Of a stretch of 64,000 nucleotides of DNA, positions 9,439 through 19,910 are shown in pieces; positions within the stretch are counted from its first letter, which is position 1, and every line of letters begins with the position of its first letter. This DNA comes from Candidatus Kapaibacterium sp. (GTDB lineage Bacteria; Bacteroidota; Ignavibacteria; Kapaibacteriales; UBA2268): the NCBI GenBank assembly GCA_963665665.1, contig OY762428.1, positions 2,048,001 to 2,112,000 on the forward strand. The letters run 5' to 3'. The notes below the pieces were generated by a model, which made no database searches, was not told the origin of the DNA, and worked only from the letters and a program-made list of their open reading frames with translations. Position numbers and translations under genes: made by a program.

Positions 9439-11622
9439 ATGACGCCATTAAGATTTCTATCCATATTATTAATATTATTTCTCGTGGGTTGCGGGAGTGT
9501 TGCCCTGTATGTGAACAGTGTAGTATCAACAGGTCTGCCTTCGCTTGAACAACTTGAAAACCCCAAGCAGAACCTTGCTACCCAGGTTATCAGTGCTGAC
9601 GGTAAAGTACTTGACCTGTTTGCTAAAGACAGAAGGGTAAGGCTGCCACTTGATAGTATTCCAAAAAACTTCATTAATGCCCTGATTGCAACAGAGGATA
9701 AAGACTTTCGTGATCATTGGGGCGTATCTGCCGAAAGGGTAATTAAAGCTGCTGTAAAAACCATTTTATACAAAGTTCTGGGTTATGGCAGGCAGGAAGG
9801 TGCTTCAACTATTACTATGCAGCTGGCCAGAAATCTTTTTTTAAACCATGATAATCGAATGGAAAGAAAAATACGTGAAGCTTTTGTGGCTGTCCAAATC
9901 GAGAAAACATATACTAAGGAAGAAATTCTTGAGATGTATATAAATACGGTTCCCATGGGGCGTGGTGCTTACGGGCTTAATGTTGCTTCCCGAGTTTACT
10001 TTGATAAGTCTCCTCAGGAACTAACTTTGGCCGAATGCGCACTATTGGTAGCCATTATTAAAACTCCCGAGAGATATAATGACAGAAATGTTGACCTGGG
10101 GCTGGCAAGAAGAAACCTGGTTTTACGCCTTATGCATGACCAGGGATATATTGGCTCTGAATACGGAAAAGCATTGAAAGAACAGATTAATTTCAAAACA
10201 GGAAAGTGGACTTCGCGCGATATAAGCATAGCGCCTCATTTTGTTGAAATGATCAGGCAGAAACTTCATCGCGGAGGCCTGTTGGCAGGCAAGGGAATCA
10301 ATCTTTATGAAGACGGGCTGACTATCTATACTACTATTGATACCAGAATTCAGCAGTATGCCAATGAAGCCGTTGAAGAACATCTGCTTGAATTTCAGAA
10401 ATTATTCGAGAGGAACTGGCGCTGGAAATACAACCGTGAACTGCTGAACGATTTTGTCAGCAAAGCTATCAAAGCCAGGGCTGATTATAAAGAAGCCTCA
10501 AAAGACATGAAAAAACGCATAGCTGCTTCACTCAGGAAAGACAAGAAATTCCTTGATTCTCTTAAAAATATTCTGACAACTATACAGACAGGATTGGTCG
10601 TTATTGATCCTGCAAGCGGAGCTATCAGGGCAATGGTAGGTGCTTCTCCGAAATTCATGAAAGAGCACAACGATGCAAAATACTCGCTGAACCATGCTAC
10701 CCAGATACGAAGGCAGCCGGGTTCATCCTTCAAACCATTTGTTTATTCTCTTGTTGTTCAGCAGGGCGTCCCTACCGACACCCTGATCGAATGCGGGCCT
10801 TTTTCTTTTGAAACCGTTACGGGTGAAATATGGAGCCCAAGGGGTACAGGCGGATGTGAGGAAGGTGGTAAAATTTCCTTGCGCGATGGCCTTAGGCGTT
10901 CTATAAATACTGTGGCAGCAAGGCTTATTACGGAAGTAACCAGCCCTGCTAAAGTTGTTTCCCTTCTACGCAGAGCAGGAATAAAGTCGAATATTCAGGC
11001 TGTTCCGGCAATTGCCCTCGGTGCCGGTGGTGAAGTTACTCCTCTTGAGTTGACATCGGCATACAGCATTTTTGTATTCAATGGCTATCATGTTGAGCCA
11101 TGGTATATTGACAGGATTGAAGATAATAATGGGAACATTATATATCAGAAAAAAGACAGCAAACAGGTTCGTGATGCTTTGGAAACAAAAACAACACATA
11201 CTATGACCGGACTGCTCAGCAATGTTATTCAGCATGGTACCGGCTGGCGCGTAAAACAATTCTTCACCGGGGTTGACTGTGCAGGTAAAACCGGAACAAC
11301 CAATGACAACACCGATACCTGGTTCGTGGGTTATACCCCCGAACTTGTTGCAGGATGCTGGGTAGGATTTGATGATATGAGAGTCTCATTTGGTGAATAC
11401 GGCGAGGGTGGAAAAGCTGCAGCGCCGATCTGGGGCAGGCTTATGGGGAAAATTTATGACGATAAAACCCTGCCATATAAAAAGAAAAAATTCGATTTCA
11501 TGCTGAAAGATACCTCGGAAATTGTTAATCAGACTTTCTTCAATGATTCAACAATTAATACCGAGGCAAGCAACAGCAATAATGCAAGGAAATTTCCGCG
11601 CTTAAGGCCGGAAAACAATTGA
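9439..11622 (+). CDS. penicillin-binding protein 1A family (transglycosylase/transpeptidase)
   Basis: EDKDF..H.G, GASTITMQLARN, RKIRE; SxxK (GSSFK), SIN, KTGT. Confidence 0.96.
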   Translation: MTPLRFLSILLILFLVGCGSVALYVNSVVSTGLPSLEQLENPKQNLATQVISADGKVLDLFAKDRRVRLPLDSIPKNFINALIATEDKDFRDHWGVSAERVIKAAVKTILYKVLGYGRQEGASTITMQLARNLFLNHDNRMERKIREAFVAVQIEKTYTKEEILEMYINTVPMGRGAYGLNVASRVYFDKSPQELTLAECALLVAIIKTPERYNDRNVDLGLARRNLVLRLMHDQGYIGSEYGKALKEQINFKTGKWTSRDISIAPHFVEMIRQKLHRGGLLAGKGINLYEDGLTIYTTIDTRIQQYANEAVEEHLLEFQKLFERNWRWKYNRELLNDFVSKAIKARADYKEASKDMKKRIAASLRKDKKFLDSLKNILTTIQTGLVVIDPASGAIRAMVGASPKFMKEHNDAKYSLNHATQIRRQPGSSFKPFVYSLVVQQGVPTDTLIECGPFSFETVTGEIWSPRGTGGCEEGGKISLRDGLRRSINTVAARLITEVTSPAKVVSLLRRAGIKSNIQAVPAIALGAGGEVTPLELTSAYSIFVFNGYHVEPWYIDRIEDNNGNIIYQKKDSKQVRDALETKTTHTMTGLLSNVIQHGTGWRVKQFFTGVDCAGKTGTTNDNTDTWFVGYTPELVAGCWVGFDDMRVSFGEYGEGGKAAAPIWGRLMGKIYDDKTLPYKKKKFDFMLKDTSEIVNQTFFNDSTINTEASNSNNARKFPRLRPENN

Positions 11623-11648
11623 TAAACAGTATTTAGCCGGAGAGGGAT

Positions 11649-12308
11649 ATGAATAAAAACTATGATTTTACTGACGGAAGGGAAATGCAGATTGGCACTA
11701 TGTTCTGCATTGGAAAAAATTATGAAGCTCATGTCAGGGAAATGGGCTCTAAAGTTCCCGAATATCCTTTTATATTTATTAAACCTCCGCAGGCTTATGT
11801 TCCTGATGGTTCGGCAGTAGAACTTCCTGAGTTTTCCGATATGATACACCATGAGGTCGAACTTGTTATTGTTATAGGTAAAGACGGGCAGGATATCAGC
11901 GAAGAAAATGCTTATAACCATATTGCCGGCTTCGGTATCGGGCTTGATCTGACACTGAGGGATCTTCAGACAGTGGCAAAGAAAAACTGCTTTCCCTGGG
12001 CAATTGCAAAAGGATTTAAAAATTCTGCTCCTTTGTCCCGTATAACTCCCTATAATAATGATAAGCATGGCAAACTTATTCTTGACCTTGAATTATCTGT
12101 AAACGGGGAAAAACGTCAGGAATCTAATACATCCATGATGATAAACAGTATACCCAGGATAATATCTTTTCTTTCAAAAGTTTTTTCCCTAAGGGAAGGC
12201 GATTGCATTTTCACCGGTACACCCGAGGGAGTAGGGCCTGTGAATAGCGGTGATAAACTGCATGCCAGACTGAAAGGTGTTGCTGATTTGAATATTGAAA
12301 TAAAATAG
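11649..12308 (+). CDS. fumarylacetoacetate hydrolase family protein
   Basis: CIGKNY..H, HHEVEL, DLTLRDLQ, GDCIFTGTPEGVG. Confidence 0.95.
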   Translation: MNKNYDFTDGREMQIGTMFCIGKNYEAHVREMGSKVPEYPFIFIKPPQAYVPDGSAVELPEFSDMIHHEVELVIVIGKDGQDISEENAYNHIAGFGIGLDLTLRDLQTVAKKNCFPWAIAKGFKNSAPLSRITPYNNDKHGKLILDLELSVNGEKRQESNTSMMINSIPRIISFLSKVFSLREGDCIFTGTPEGVGPVNSGDKLHARLKGVADLNIEIK

Positions 12309-12332
12309 TATATCATAATAAATGGCATTACT

Positions 12333-13721
12333 ATGAAAAAATTACTCTTAGCGCCGGTTATTGCTTCTCTGATATTTTCAACCTGGGGTTGCGGCATAGG
12401 CCTTAACAGGATTGAAAAAGACACATATACAATATCCCACAGGGATACAACCACGGAATATCATGTGCAGAATGCTCCGGGCAATCGTGATAACGGGGTG
12501 ATATTTCCTTCATCCCGGACATTTAAATCCGAACGTTACCTGCTTCAGCAGGATAGTGTTGTGGAAAGGGAATACCCGGATTTCATCAGGATGGGAGCTT
12601 TCGAAAGTGTGGGTTTCCTGCTCGGCGGTGATAAAGATTACGCCCTTGGTTCGGGATTATTCGGTATATTTCATGATTTTGACAAAGATTATACTAATTA
12701 CCGTGGCGATCCGGACAAAGTATTTGTAGGCGGGCTTTACAGAATCGGAATCGGAGAGTGGCGCCTGCGCTGGTTCAGGGATGCCAAAAACTGGACTATT
12801 GGCAGTTCGGCTTTCGAGGCTATAGTTCCTGATGCCCGTTTGGAGAAGACCCTTTTGAGTATAGCCCCGATATACGTCAGGAAAAGGTGGTTCCTGAGTG
12901 AGGATATTCCTTATCTCTGCCTTACCGGAGCTGTTGGAATCGGGTATTATCCGTCACAATATATTAATACTTCCCTGTCACTCGACCTTGGTTCATTATC
13001 CGGCCTTAATTTCAGAGCTTACGCCGGATTTGCCGCCGGGCAGCATTCGGCATCCGCCCCGCAGGTAAAAGAAAGCAATTTTTCCAATGAAGCTCAAAAA
13101 ACTTATATACCTTACGCCGGTATTGGAGTTTCATTGCTGGATTTCTTCAATTTGGTTGAGGAAACAGAAACCGAATGGAAAGACTACAAACATAGCGGCT
13201 GGGATATCGGGCTTATGCAGATAGGTTTCCTTTCCACCGGTTCTGATTATTCATCCTTTGCAGAAGATAACGAGGAAGGAATGCTTAACGGCTTGATGCT
13301 GCGTTTCCTGAATGCATCAACGGCTATACCAGTGCTGAACAATCAATTTTATGCCGGTACATCCCTGTTCAGTATGATTGCTCTTGGAAAATACGAATGG
13401 GGCGTAGGAGTTTTGCCAATAAGAGTAGGCTACTGGCAAACAATACTTGCAGATGAACTAACCACAGAACCATTCATGGAATTCAATTATTATCCTTCAT
13501 CATTTGTAAATATCGGAAACAGGGTAAACCTGAGGATAAGCGAGCAGATTAACGTCAGCTTTATTATTGGCTATGCTTCCGGCAGTACAAGTGAAGTGCT
13601 TGGTAATAATCTGGTTGACAACTTTGGCGCTCCGGGGGATTTTTCCGGAACATATATCGGCCTTACGATAGGCTTCATGGATAAAATTTTCTTCCCTGAA
13701 GAAATCAGATATAATAAATAG
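12333..13721 (+). CDS. hypothetical lipoprotein / outer-membrane protein
   Basis: 462-aa ORF with signal peptide and Cys (WGC); Gly/aromatic-rich beta-strand character. Confidence 0.7.
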   Translation: MKKLLLAPVIASLIFSTWGCGIGLNRIEKDTYTISHRDTTTEYHVQNAPGNRDNGVIFPSSRTFKSERYLLQQDSVVEREYPDFIRMGAFESVGFLLGGDKDYALGSGLFGIFHDFDKDYTNYRGDPDKVFVGGLYRIGIGEWRLRWFRDAKNWTIGSSAFEAIVPDARLEKTLLSIAPIYVRKRWFLSEDIPYLCLTGAVGIGYYPSQYINTSLSLDLGSLSGLNFRAYAGFAAGQHSASAPQVKESNFSNEAQKTYIPYAGIGVSLLDFFNLVEETETEWKDYKHSGWDIGLMQIGFLSTGSDYSSFAEDNEEGMLNGLMLRFLNASTAIPVLNNQFYAGTSLFSMIALGKYEWGVGVLPIRVGYWQTILADELTTEPFMEFNYYPSSFVNIGNRVNLRISEQINVSFIIGYASGSTSEVLGNNLVDNFGAPGDFSGTYIGLTIGFMDKIFFPEEIRYNK

Positions 13722-13747
13722 CAAACTTTATTATTAAACTTACTATT

Positions 13748-14260
13748 ATGAAAAATATCCTGATAATTCTGATATTGATTTTCGGCATAATTTCCTGCAA
13801 TAAGGAAAAAGATGATTCCCAGTGGGAAAAGGTAATTGGATTCAATGAGGTGAAAGAAACATCCGGTATAAATCAGCTTCCCAAAGGAATTGCTTATTTA
13901 CCGTTATATTCACATATCTATCATATACATGAAACTAATCCATATATGCTGACAGTAACTGTAAGCATTAGAAATGTTTCACTTCTTGATACGGCTTATA
14001 TCCTGAAATGCGATTATCATAATACTGAAGGAAAAAAAATCAGGGAATACGTTCATAAACCTGTTTTCTTAAAACCATTGGAAACAATAGAAATTGTGAT
14101 TTCCGAAGCCGACAAAGACGGAGGCTCAGGAGCAAATTTCATATTTGAATGGGCCATGAAAAATAAAAAATATCCTCCGCTGTTCGAAGCTGTTATGATA
14201 TCAACTCAAAGCCAGCAAGGCTTATCATTTGTAACAAGAGGAATAGATATCAGCAATTGA
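13748..14260 (+). CDS. DUF3124 domain lipoprotein
   Basis: YLPLYSHIY, SIRN, DGGSGANFIFEW, EAVMI...GLSF.TRG motifs. Confidence 0.9.
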   Translation: MKNILIILILIFGIISCNKEKDDSQWEKVIGFNEVKETSGINQLPKGIAYLPLYSHIYHIHETNPYMLTVTVSIRNVSLLDTAYILKCDYHNTEGKKIREYVHKPVFLKPLETIEIVISEADKDGGSGANFIFEWAMKNKKYPPLFEAVMISTQSQQGLSFVTRGIDISN

Positions 14261-14324
14261 AAACAGCTCCGGGATATTAATATAACTATATCTGAACAGG
14301 CGAATTGTCGCCAGAAAAATATTT

Positions 14325-14936
14325 ATGAATAATATTATCCATAAGAAAATGACTGAAATGAAAAAGATAAACATCCTGATTGCCGCTTTAGCATTGTTTT
14401 TGCTGAATTCATGTCAGCCGGATACATATTTTTTAAACCGCAAAGTAGCTGAATATATGATAAGCGGAGAAATATTATCCCACATAGACAGTGTGGAAAA
14501 ATCCGGAGAAAATGCTGTTTTAATCCACTCAGGCGGAATTACTTCACTTCGTGTGCTAAAGATTACACAACTAATTGCCGATTTTACTATAGAGGCAAGC
14601 AATGGGAAAGGAATCCGGTTTGCTTTCCGAACCAATAGTAATGATTATCCCGAGCATAACGCTATCAGGTTTGATTATACTACAGAAGGTTCGTCGGTAT
14701 TTGAAAATAATAGTCTTTTGGCACGGGTGGATTCTGTAAAGCTGACTCATTATGAACCTGTACGGCTGAAAATTTACAACGATGGTATATATTATAAAAT
14801 ACTTGTTGATTGTGATACGGTTTATAAAGGATCAACTATGCTACCGGCAACGGAGTATGTTATCATCGAATCTCTCGGAGGTACTGAAGCTCTTCTTTCT
14901 GGCATAGATTTTGCCGAAATCGTAGATGAGTTTTAG
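14325..14936 (+). CDS. hypothetical lipoprotein
   Basis: Lipobox LNSC after MKKINIL (start probably ~14358). Confidence 0.65.
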   Translation: MNNIIHKKMTEMKKINILIAALALFLLNSCQPDTYFLNRKVAEYMISGEILSHIDSVEKSGENAVLIHSGGITSLRVLKITQLIADFTIEASNGKGIRFAFRTNSNDYPEHNAIRFDYTTEGSSVFENNSLLARVDSVKLTHYEPVRLKIYNDGIYYKILVDCDTVYKGSTMLPATEYVIIESLGGTEALLSGIDFAEIVDEF

Positions 14937-15004
14937 TACTTTGACAAATTATCCGGCCCCGAAGTATTTTTTTTGGTAATTAATTTAAATATCAAAAAAA
15001 AATC

Positions 15005-15031
15005 TAAAGTCTGAAAAAAAAATGCCGAAAA
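15005..15031 (+). promoter_or_regulatory. sigma-28 (FliA) promoter
   Basis: TAAA-N15-GCCGAAAA, versus consensus TAAA-N15-GCCGATAA, 73 bp upstream of the flagellin ATG. Confidence 0.85.
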
Positions 15032-15062
15032 AGAAAACTAAGAAGGAAAAAATAATAATGTT

Positions 15063-15098
15063 GGCAGGATGCCCTTACATTTATAAACAACACGGAGG
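15063..15098 (+). promoter_or_regulatory. CsrA-type GGA sites in flagellin leader
   Basis: Hairpin GGCA-GGA-TGCC (15063-15073) plus ACGGAGG at the RBS; typical of CsrA/FliW-regulated flagellin leaders. Confidence 0.65.
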
Positions 15099-15104
15099 TA
15101 TATT

Positions 15105-16055
15105 ATGCCAACAGCTATATCGGGTGGCTCAAGAATTCGCACCAATATTCAGGCGGAAAATGCTTACAACGCACTGAATAAAGCGGGCAATAATATTGCT
15201 AAAAGCCAGTTGCGATTATCAACCGGTAAAAGGATTAACAACGCATCTGATGATGTTGCCGGTTATATCACTTCAAGGTCTTTGCAGTCAAGAAATGGCG
15301 CTTTAAAATCAGCCATGCAGTCCACTGGTGATGCTAAGAACGTTACATCCATTACTCAGGATTCCCTGGATAATATAAACGGACTACTTACAACCATTAA
15401 GGACTCGGCTGCTACAGCATCTTCAGGCTCTTTGGGAACGGATGAGAAAGTTGCATTGGCCAAGGGAGCTTACCGTTTGGCACAACAGATTCAATTTGTA
15501 GTTGATTCTACTGTATTTGGCGGCAAGCAGCTTCTTCAGGGTGATTTTCAGGGCGAATGGACTATCGGCTATTATGCTGACAACACAGTGCTGTCTATCG
15601 ACCTGAATTTGAAAACCGACAACTCAGACTTTAACGTCGATAGCCAGAACTTTAACCTGAACGCTACAGCAAGTGCAAGGGCCGGAGTTACTAGCACATT
15701 TGCCGGTGTTGAAGGGCTGAATCTTGAAGCATTGAACAGTGTTTCTGCAGATGAATTGGGCATCTTCTCTAATGACCAGATAAATACTACACTTACAAGC
15801 CTTGCAACGGCTTTGAACAATGTGAACAAAGTTGCTTCATATATTGGTGGTGTTGAAATCAGGTTGAATTCACAGGAAGATTTGCTTCAGTCACAGATGA
15901 CGAATTATTCAGCTGCTATATCAAGAATTGAAGATACTGACGTTGCTAAAGAACAGCTTGACCTTATTAAGAGCCAGTTCCTGCAACAGGCATCAGTGAT
16001 TTCCCTGGCACAGGCAAATCAGAACCCGCAGACATTCCTGCAGTTAATGGGTTAA
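15105..16055 (+). CDS. fliC: flagellin
   Basis: RIRTN, RLSTGKRINNASDDVAG, AAISRIEDTDVAKE, LAQANQNPQ conserved D0/D1 segments. Confidence 0.97.
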   Translation: MPTAISGGSRIRTNIQAENAYNALNKAGNNIAKSQLRLSTGKRINNASDDVAGYITSRSLQSRNGALKSAMQSTGDAKNVTSITQDSLDNINGLLTTIKDSAATASSGSLGTDEKVALAKGAYRLAQQIQFVVDSTVFGGKQLLQGDFQGEWTIGYYADNTVLSIDLNLKTDNSDFNVDSQNFNLNATASARAGVTSTFAGVEGLNLEALNSVSADELGIFSNDQINTTLTSLATALNNVNKVASYIGGVEIRLNSQEDLLQSQMTNYSAAISRIEDTDVAKEQLDLIKSQFLQQASVISLAQANQNPQTFLQLMG

Positions 16056-16171
16056 TGACTAATTAAACTTCGGAGGCAGCGGGTAATAAATTCGAACAAT
16101 ATTTTCCGGCAAGAGGCGGAGCGACAGCTTTCGCCTTTTCCGGGCTAAAATAGAATAGGAGTTGATCAAGT

Positions 16172-16525
16172 ATGGCATCAGCAGCACAACAACTCGCGGC
16201 CAGCAAGCTGTATGGAACAAAAGGCAAGGGGCAGGTTCCCTCTTACCTTGAGCAGGAAGTTTATTCCTGGAGCAAAGAAAAAATCATACTTAAAATGTAT
16301 GATCTTTTCATAGTTAGCTGTAAAAGGCAGGATGTTCAGAAAATGAGCCGTGTTCTGATAGAATTAATGGGATCGCTGAATTTTGACTACGAAGAAACTT
16401 CTACCAGGCTTTATCGTCTTTATGAATATTGCCAGAGATGTATTTTTCAGAAGAAATTCGACGAAGCTCTTCATATTATTACAGACCTCAGGAATACCTG
16501 GGCAAAAGCATTTAATCTTGATTAG
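16172..16525 (+). CDS. fliS: flagellin chaperone FliS
   Basis: LIELMGSLNFD...LYRLYEYC...LRNTW pattern; adjacent to fliC. Confidence 0.85.
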   Translation: MASAAQQLAASKLYGTKGKGQVPSYLEQEVYSWSKEKIILKMYDLFIVSCKRQDVQKMSRVLIELMGSLNFDYEETSTRLYRLYEYCQRCIFQKKFDEALHIITDLRNTWAKAFNLD

Positions 16526-16535
16526 GAGTTGAAAT

Positions 16536-17969
16536 ATGGCTGATTATTCTTTATCAGGCGTTTCATCAGGCGGTTACGAATCGCAAACTGATCAAATTGT
16601 TGCTGCTTATAAACAAACACAGCAATACCGGATTGATGCGCTCAATACAAAAAAATATGATTACCAGGAAAAGCAGGCCTTTTTCAATACGCTTAATTCG
16701 AAGCTTAGCACATTAATTTCCAGGCTTGACACATTTACGGCTGATGATGCTGCCGACAAGTTTGTTACACGGTCGATAACATCGTCAAATACCTCGGTTA
16801 TGACTGCTTCTGCCGACAGTGACGCAATTGTCGGTATTAGTCAGATTAATGTACAGCAGCTTGCAACAAATGACATTCTAATCTCTGATCAGATGAACCT
16901 GGATGATGACTTTAAACTTAAAGCCGGAACCCAGGAATTTGTATTAAATATCGGAGAGAACGAATATACGATCAATATGGAACTCGATGGTGATGAAACC
17001 AACGAAGAAGCAATGAAAAAAATTGCAAAGGCTATAAACAGCTTTACCGATGATGATGACGAAGAAATAGCAGTTACCGCTGCTTTTATTAAGGATACTT
17101 CAACAACCGGAAGGCTTACACTCACTTCCACCGAAACAGGTTCTGAAAATGAAATATCCTTTACACAAACTAAGCTTTCAAAGGAACTCGGGTGGTCAAA
17201 CAATCTGAAAAGTTCAGGCGATAGCCGTACTGAAGCAAACGATACTTCGGCCGGCTACAGATACGCCGACAGAAATGAGCTTGACGCAAATCTGACAGTA
17301 AACGGAATTGACATCACAAGATCGTCAAACAGTATTGATGATCTTCTCCCGGGAGTAACCCTTAACCTGAAAAAACCTCAGGAAGAAGATGAACTCCCCG
17401 TAACATTGACAACTGAAATTGATGTTCAGGCAGTGGTTGATCTTCTGGAACCATTGCTTAATTCGTATAATGATACTTTGGAATATCTTAATTATGATAA
17501 AGATATCAGAAGATCCGAAAGCTCGGTAAGCGGGTTATATTCAAGGCTTAGGGGAACATTATCAGAAAAAGTTACCGGCCTTGGTGATGGCGACCCGAAT
17601 TATCTGGCTTCTATTGGAATAAATATTGGTTCTGACGGCACAGTAAGTATATCCGATAAGGAAAGGCTTGAAGAAGTTCTGGCCGACGATCCTCAATTGG
17701 TAGCTAATTTGTTTACAGCGGAGGACAGTTTTGTAAATAAAGTCAGCTCGGCACTTGAAAATCTGACCGGCTCCGGCGGGTTATTTCAAACAAGGGCATT
17801 GTCACTCGGAGACCAGATAGACTATACCGCTGAAAGAACTGAAGAATTACAGGCAAGAATAGATGCTCAGGCAGAAACACTTCGGAAGCAGTACGAAGAT
17901 ATGCTTGAAGTTTACCTTGAAGCTCAAAATCAATATCAGCTTCTCGGCACGTCGTCTTATTCTTATTAA
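16536..17969 (+). CDS. fliD: flagellar filament cap protein FliD
   Basis: INVQQLAT, NGIDITRSSNSIDDLLPGVTLNL, LASIGI, C-terminal coiled coil. Confidence 0.93.
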   Translation: MADYSLSGVSSGGYESQTDQIVAAYKQTQQYRIDALNTKKYDYQEKQAFFNTLNSKLSTLISRLDTFTADDAADKFVTRSITSSNTSVMTASADSDAIVGISQINVQQLATNDILISDQMNLDDDFKLKAGTQEFVLNIGENEYTINMELDGDETNEEAMKKIAKAINSFTDDDDEEIAVTAAFIKDTSTTGRLTLTSTETGSENEISFTQTKLSKELGWSNNLKSSGDSRTEANDTSAGYRYADRNELDANLTVNGIDITRSSNSIDDLLPGVTLNLKKPQEEDELPVTLTTEIDVQAVVDLLEPLLNSYNDTLEYLNYDKDIRRSESSVSGLYSRLRGTLSEKVTGLGDGDPNYLASIGINIGSDGTVSISDKERLEEVLADDPQLVANLFTAEDSFVNKVSSALENLTGSGGLFQTRALSLGDQIDYTAERTEELQARIDAQAETLRKQYEDMLEVYLEAQNQYQLLGTSSYSY

Positions 17970-18003
17970 TTAAATTTTTTAAAACCCGGCAACGGAGGTT
18001 ATT

Positions 18004-18453
18004 ATGATAAACGCAATAAAGGGAATCGCAGCCACGGACAGGGCTTATTCCGCGTATGGCAATACCTCCGGACCCTTGCATTCGGACCTTAGCTCCGGAT
18101 TGGAGGAAATATTAACCGGAAAAGAGGAAGAAAAGGTTAATAAACTTGATCTTAAGTCTGCATCTTTGATCAAAGAGAAGGACAAGGAAAAAGTAGATAA
18201 TGAAAAAAACGGGGAAGAATCTCCTGTAATTAATTATGGTGAGATTACTGATAAAATAAACAATCTTATCCAGGACCAAAACCGTTCTATAGAATTTTCG
18301 CTTGATAACGATTCTAAGCAAATGGTTATGAAAGTAATGGATAAGAAGACCAATAAAGTAGTGCAGCAAATTCCTCCGGAAACAACTCTTAAATTGGCAA
18401 AAATGGTAGCGTCAATTTTAGATAAAGGGCTAGTGGCTAATGCAACAGTCTGA
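18004..18453 (+). CDS. flaG: flagellar protein FlaG
   Basis: IEFSLD...VMKVMDKKTNKVVQQIPPE motif. Confidence 0.88.
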   Translation: MINAIKGIAATDRAYSAYGNTSGPLHSDLSSGLEEILTGKEEEKVNKLDLKSASLIKEKDKEKVDNEKNGEESPVINYGEITDKINNLIQDQNRSIEFSLDNDSKQMVMKVMDKKTNKVVQQIPPETTLKLAKMVASILDKGLVANATV

Positions 18454-18796
18454 GGTAATTGATATAAAACAGGCTTTAATCAGCCTTAGAAACCTGTCTT
18501 TAAATATTAATATTAAACTCAGGGATGAAGCTAATACAGATTTGGCTGAAACCATCGCCAGGCTTTACTCTGAGAGAATGAAACTTATTAATGAAATAAA
18601 AAATTGGCAAAATTCAGAAAAAGGAGCTAAATTTATTGAAATAAGTGCCGATACTTTTAAAAAAGGTATCGAAGAAGTGCAAAAGATTGAAGATGAAAAT
18701 ATTGCACTGATAAAAAACAGATACCAAAGTACAGGTAACAAACTTAAAAAATTGATTAAGCAAAAATCAATTTTAATCTATACCAGAGAGAAATGA
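18440..18796 (+). CDS. FliT/FlgN-like helical flagellar chaperone
   Basis: All-helical 118 aa with 'LYSERMKLI'; located inside the flagellar cluster. Confidence 0.5.
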   Translation: MQQSEVIDIKQALISLRNLSLNINIKLRDEANTDLAETIARLYSERMKLINEIKNWQNSEKGAKFIEISADTFKKGIEEVQKIEDENIALIKNRYQSTGNKLKKLIKQKSILIYTREK

Positions 18797-18797
18797 A

Positions 18798-19073
18798 ATG
18801 ACTATAGGATCAGTAAATAATCTTGGGAAAATATACCAGGCCAAAGAAAGCGAATCTGCAAAGCCGAAGTCCGGCGATGCCGCTAAAGCTGCAAAAGCCG
18901 GTGAAACATCCAGGCAGACTGCTCCTGATACTTTGGTTCTTTCGGCAGAAGCCAAAAAACTCCGCCCTATTAAAGATAAAATAGCGGAAGGATTTTATGA
19001 CAGGCCGGAAGTAGTGAAAAAAGCTGCCGCTAAAATTTCGCAGGAGCTTCCAAAGTCAGGCGCAACAAGCTAA
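18798..19073 (+). CDS. flgM: anti-sigma-28 factor FlgM
   Basis: Low-complexity N-terminus, DTLVLSAEAK, IKDKIAEGFY...AAKI. Confidence 0.75.
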   Translation: MTIGSVNNLGKIYQAKESESAKPKSGDAAKAAKAGETSRQTAPDTLVLSAEAKKLRPIKDKIAEGFYDRPEVVKKAAAKISQELPKSGATS

Positions 19074-19097
19074 ATAGTTTTCCCGTTTTAAAAAACG

Positions 19098-19132
19098 AAC
19101 AAGCCGGCATAAAGCAGGTTTGGTTGTTTTTT
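19098..19132 (+). terminator. probable intrinsic terminator of flagellar cluster
   Basis: Imperfect stem AACAAGCCGGC...GCAGGTTTGGTTGTT followed by a T-run. Confidence 0.4.
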
Positions 19133-19403
19133 TAATTACCCCGTTACTTCATAAGCCTTATTATTCCCATTAATAATGTATTATTTCTGTTTTATTAAAA
19201 TAAATGCTGTGATATATTTCACGTACATAAAAAACAACAAATTTACACAATTGTGATTTTTTTTATTGCATTTTTAATGATTTTTCATTAAAATTCGTTT
19301 GTAATGTCTCTTTTGAACTAATGCTTTTAGATTAATGAAAAAATAGATATATTATATTTACCGTTTTGTACAAGTTTTACCTTAAAGTAGGGAGAGTAAA
19401 AGT

Positions 19404-19847
19404 ATGTCGAGAACATTGAACAAAGTGATGCTGATTGGGAATGTAGGAAGAGACCCCGAATTAAAATTCACTCCAAGTGGTATTCCGGTCACATCTTTCA
19501 GACTTGCTACATCTGAAACATGGAAAGACAGGGAAGGAAGTATACAGGAACATACAGACTGGCACACAATAGTTGCCTGGCGCGGTTTGGCAGAAGTGAT
19601 TAACAAGCTGGTTTCAAAAGGTTCTCGCGTTTATATTGAAGGACGAATCCAAACACGTACTTTTGATGATAAAAGCGGAAATCGGAGGCATGTTGTTGAA
19701 GTACTGGCTGACAATATGCTGCTCCTTGACCCCAAGGGGAAAAGTAATGATGACTATGATTCTGAGGATAGTAGCGATGAATACAGCTACGACGATTATG
19801 ATTCCTCCCGTTATTCCACTAAGAAAAGCGATGATCTGATTTTTTAA
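19404..19847 (+). CDS. ssb: single-stranded DNA-binding protein
   Basis: LNKVMLIGNVGRDPE, TDWH.IVAW, KGSRVYIEGRIQTR; acidic tail ending DDLIF. Confidence 0.97.
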   Translation: MSRTLNKVMLIGNVGRDPELKFTPSGIPVTSFRLATSETWKDREGSIQEHTDWHTIVAWRGLAEVINKLVSKGSRVYIEGRIQTRTFDDKSGNRRHVVEVLADNMLLLDPKGKSNDDYDSEDSSDEYSYDDYDSSRYSTKKSDDLIF

Positions 19848-19873
19848 TTTTGTCAGGATTGGCATTTTTTCAT

Positions 19874-19894
19874 AAGCCCTGAGAGGGCTTTTTT
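19874..19894 (+). terminator. intrinsic terminator after ssb
   Basis: AAGCCCT-GAG-AGGGCTT followed by TTTT. Confidence 0.7.
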
Positions 19895-19910
19895 ATTTGG
19901 GTATAGCAGA

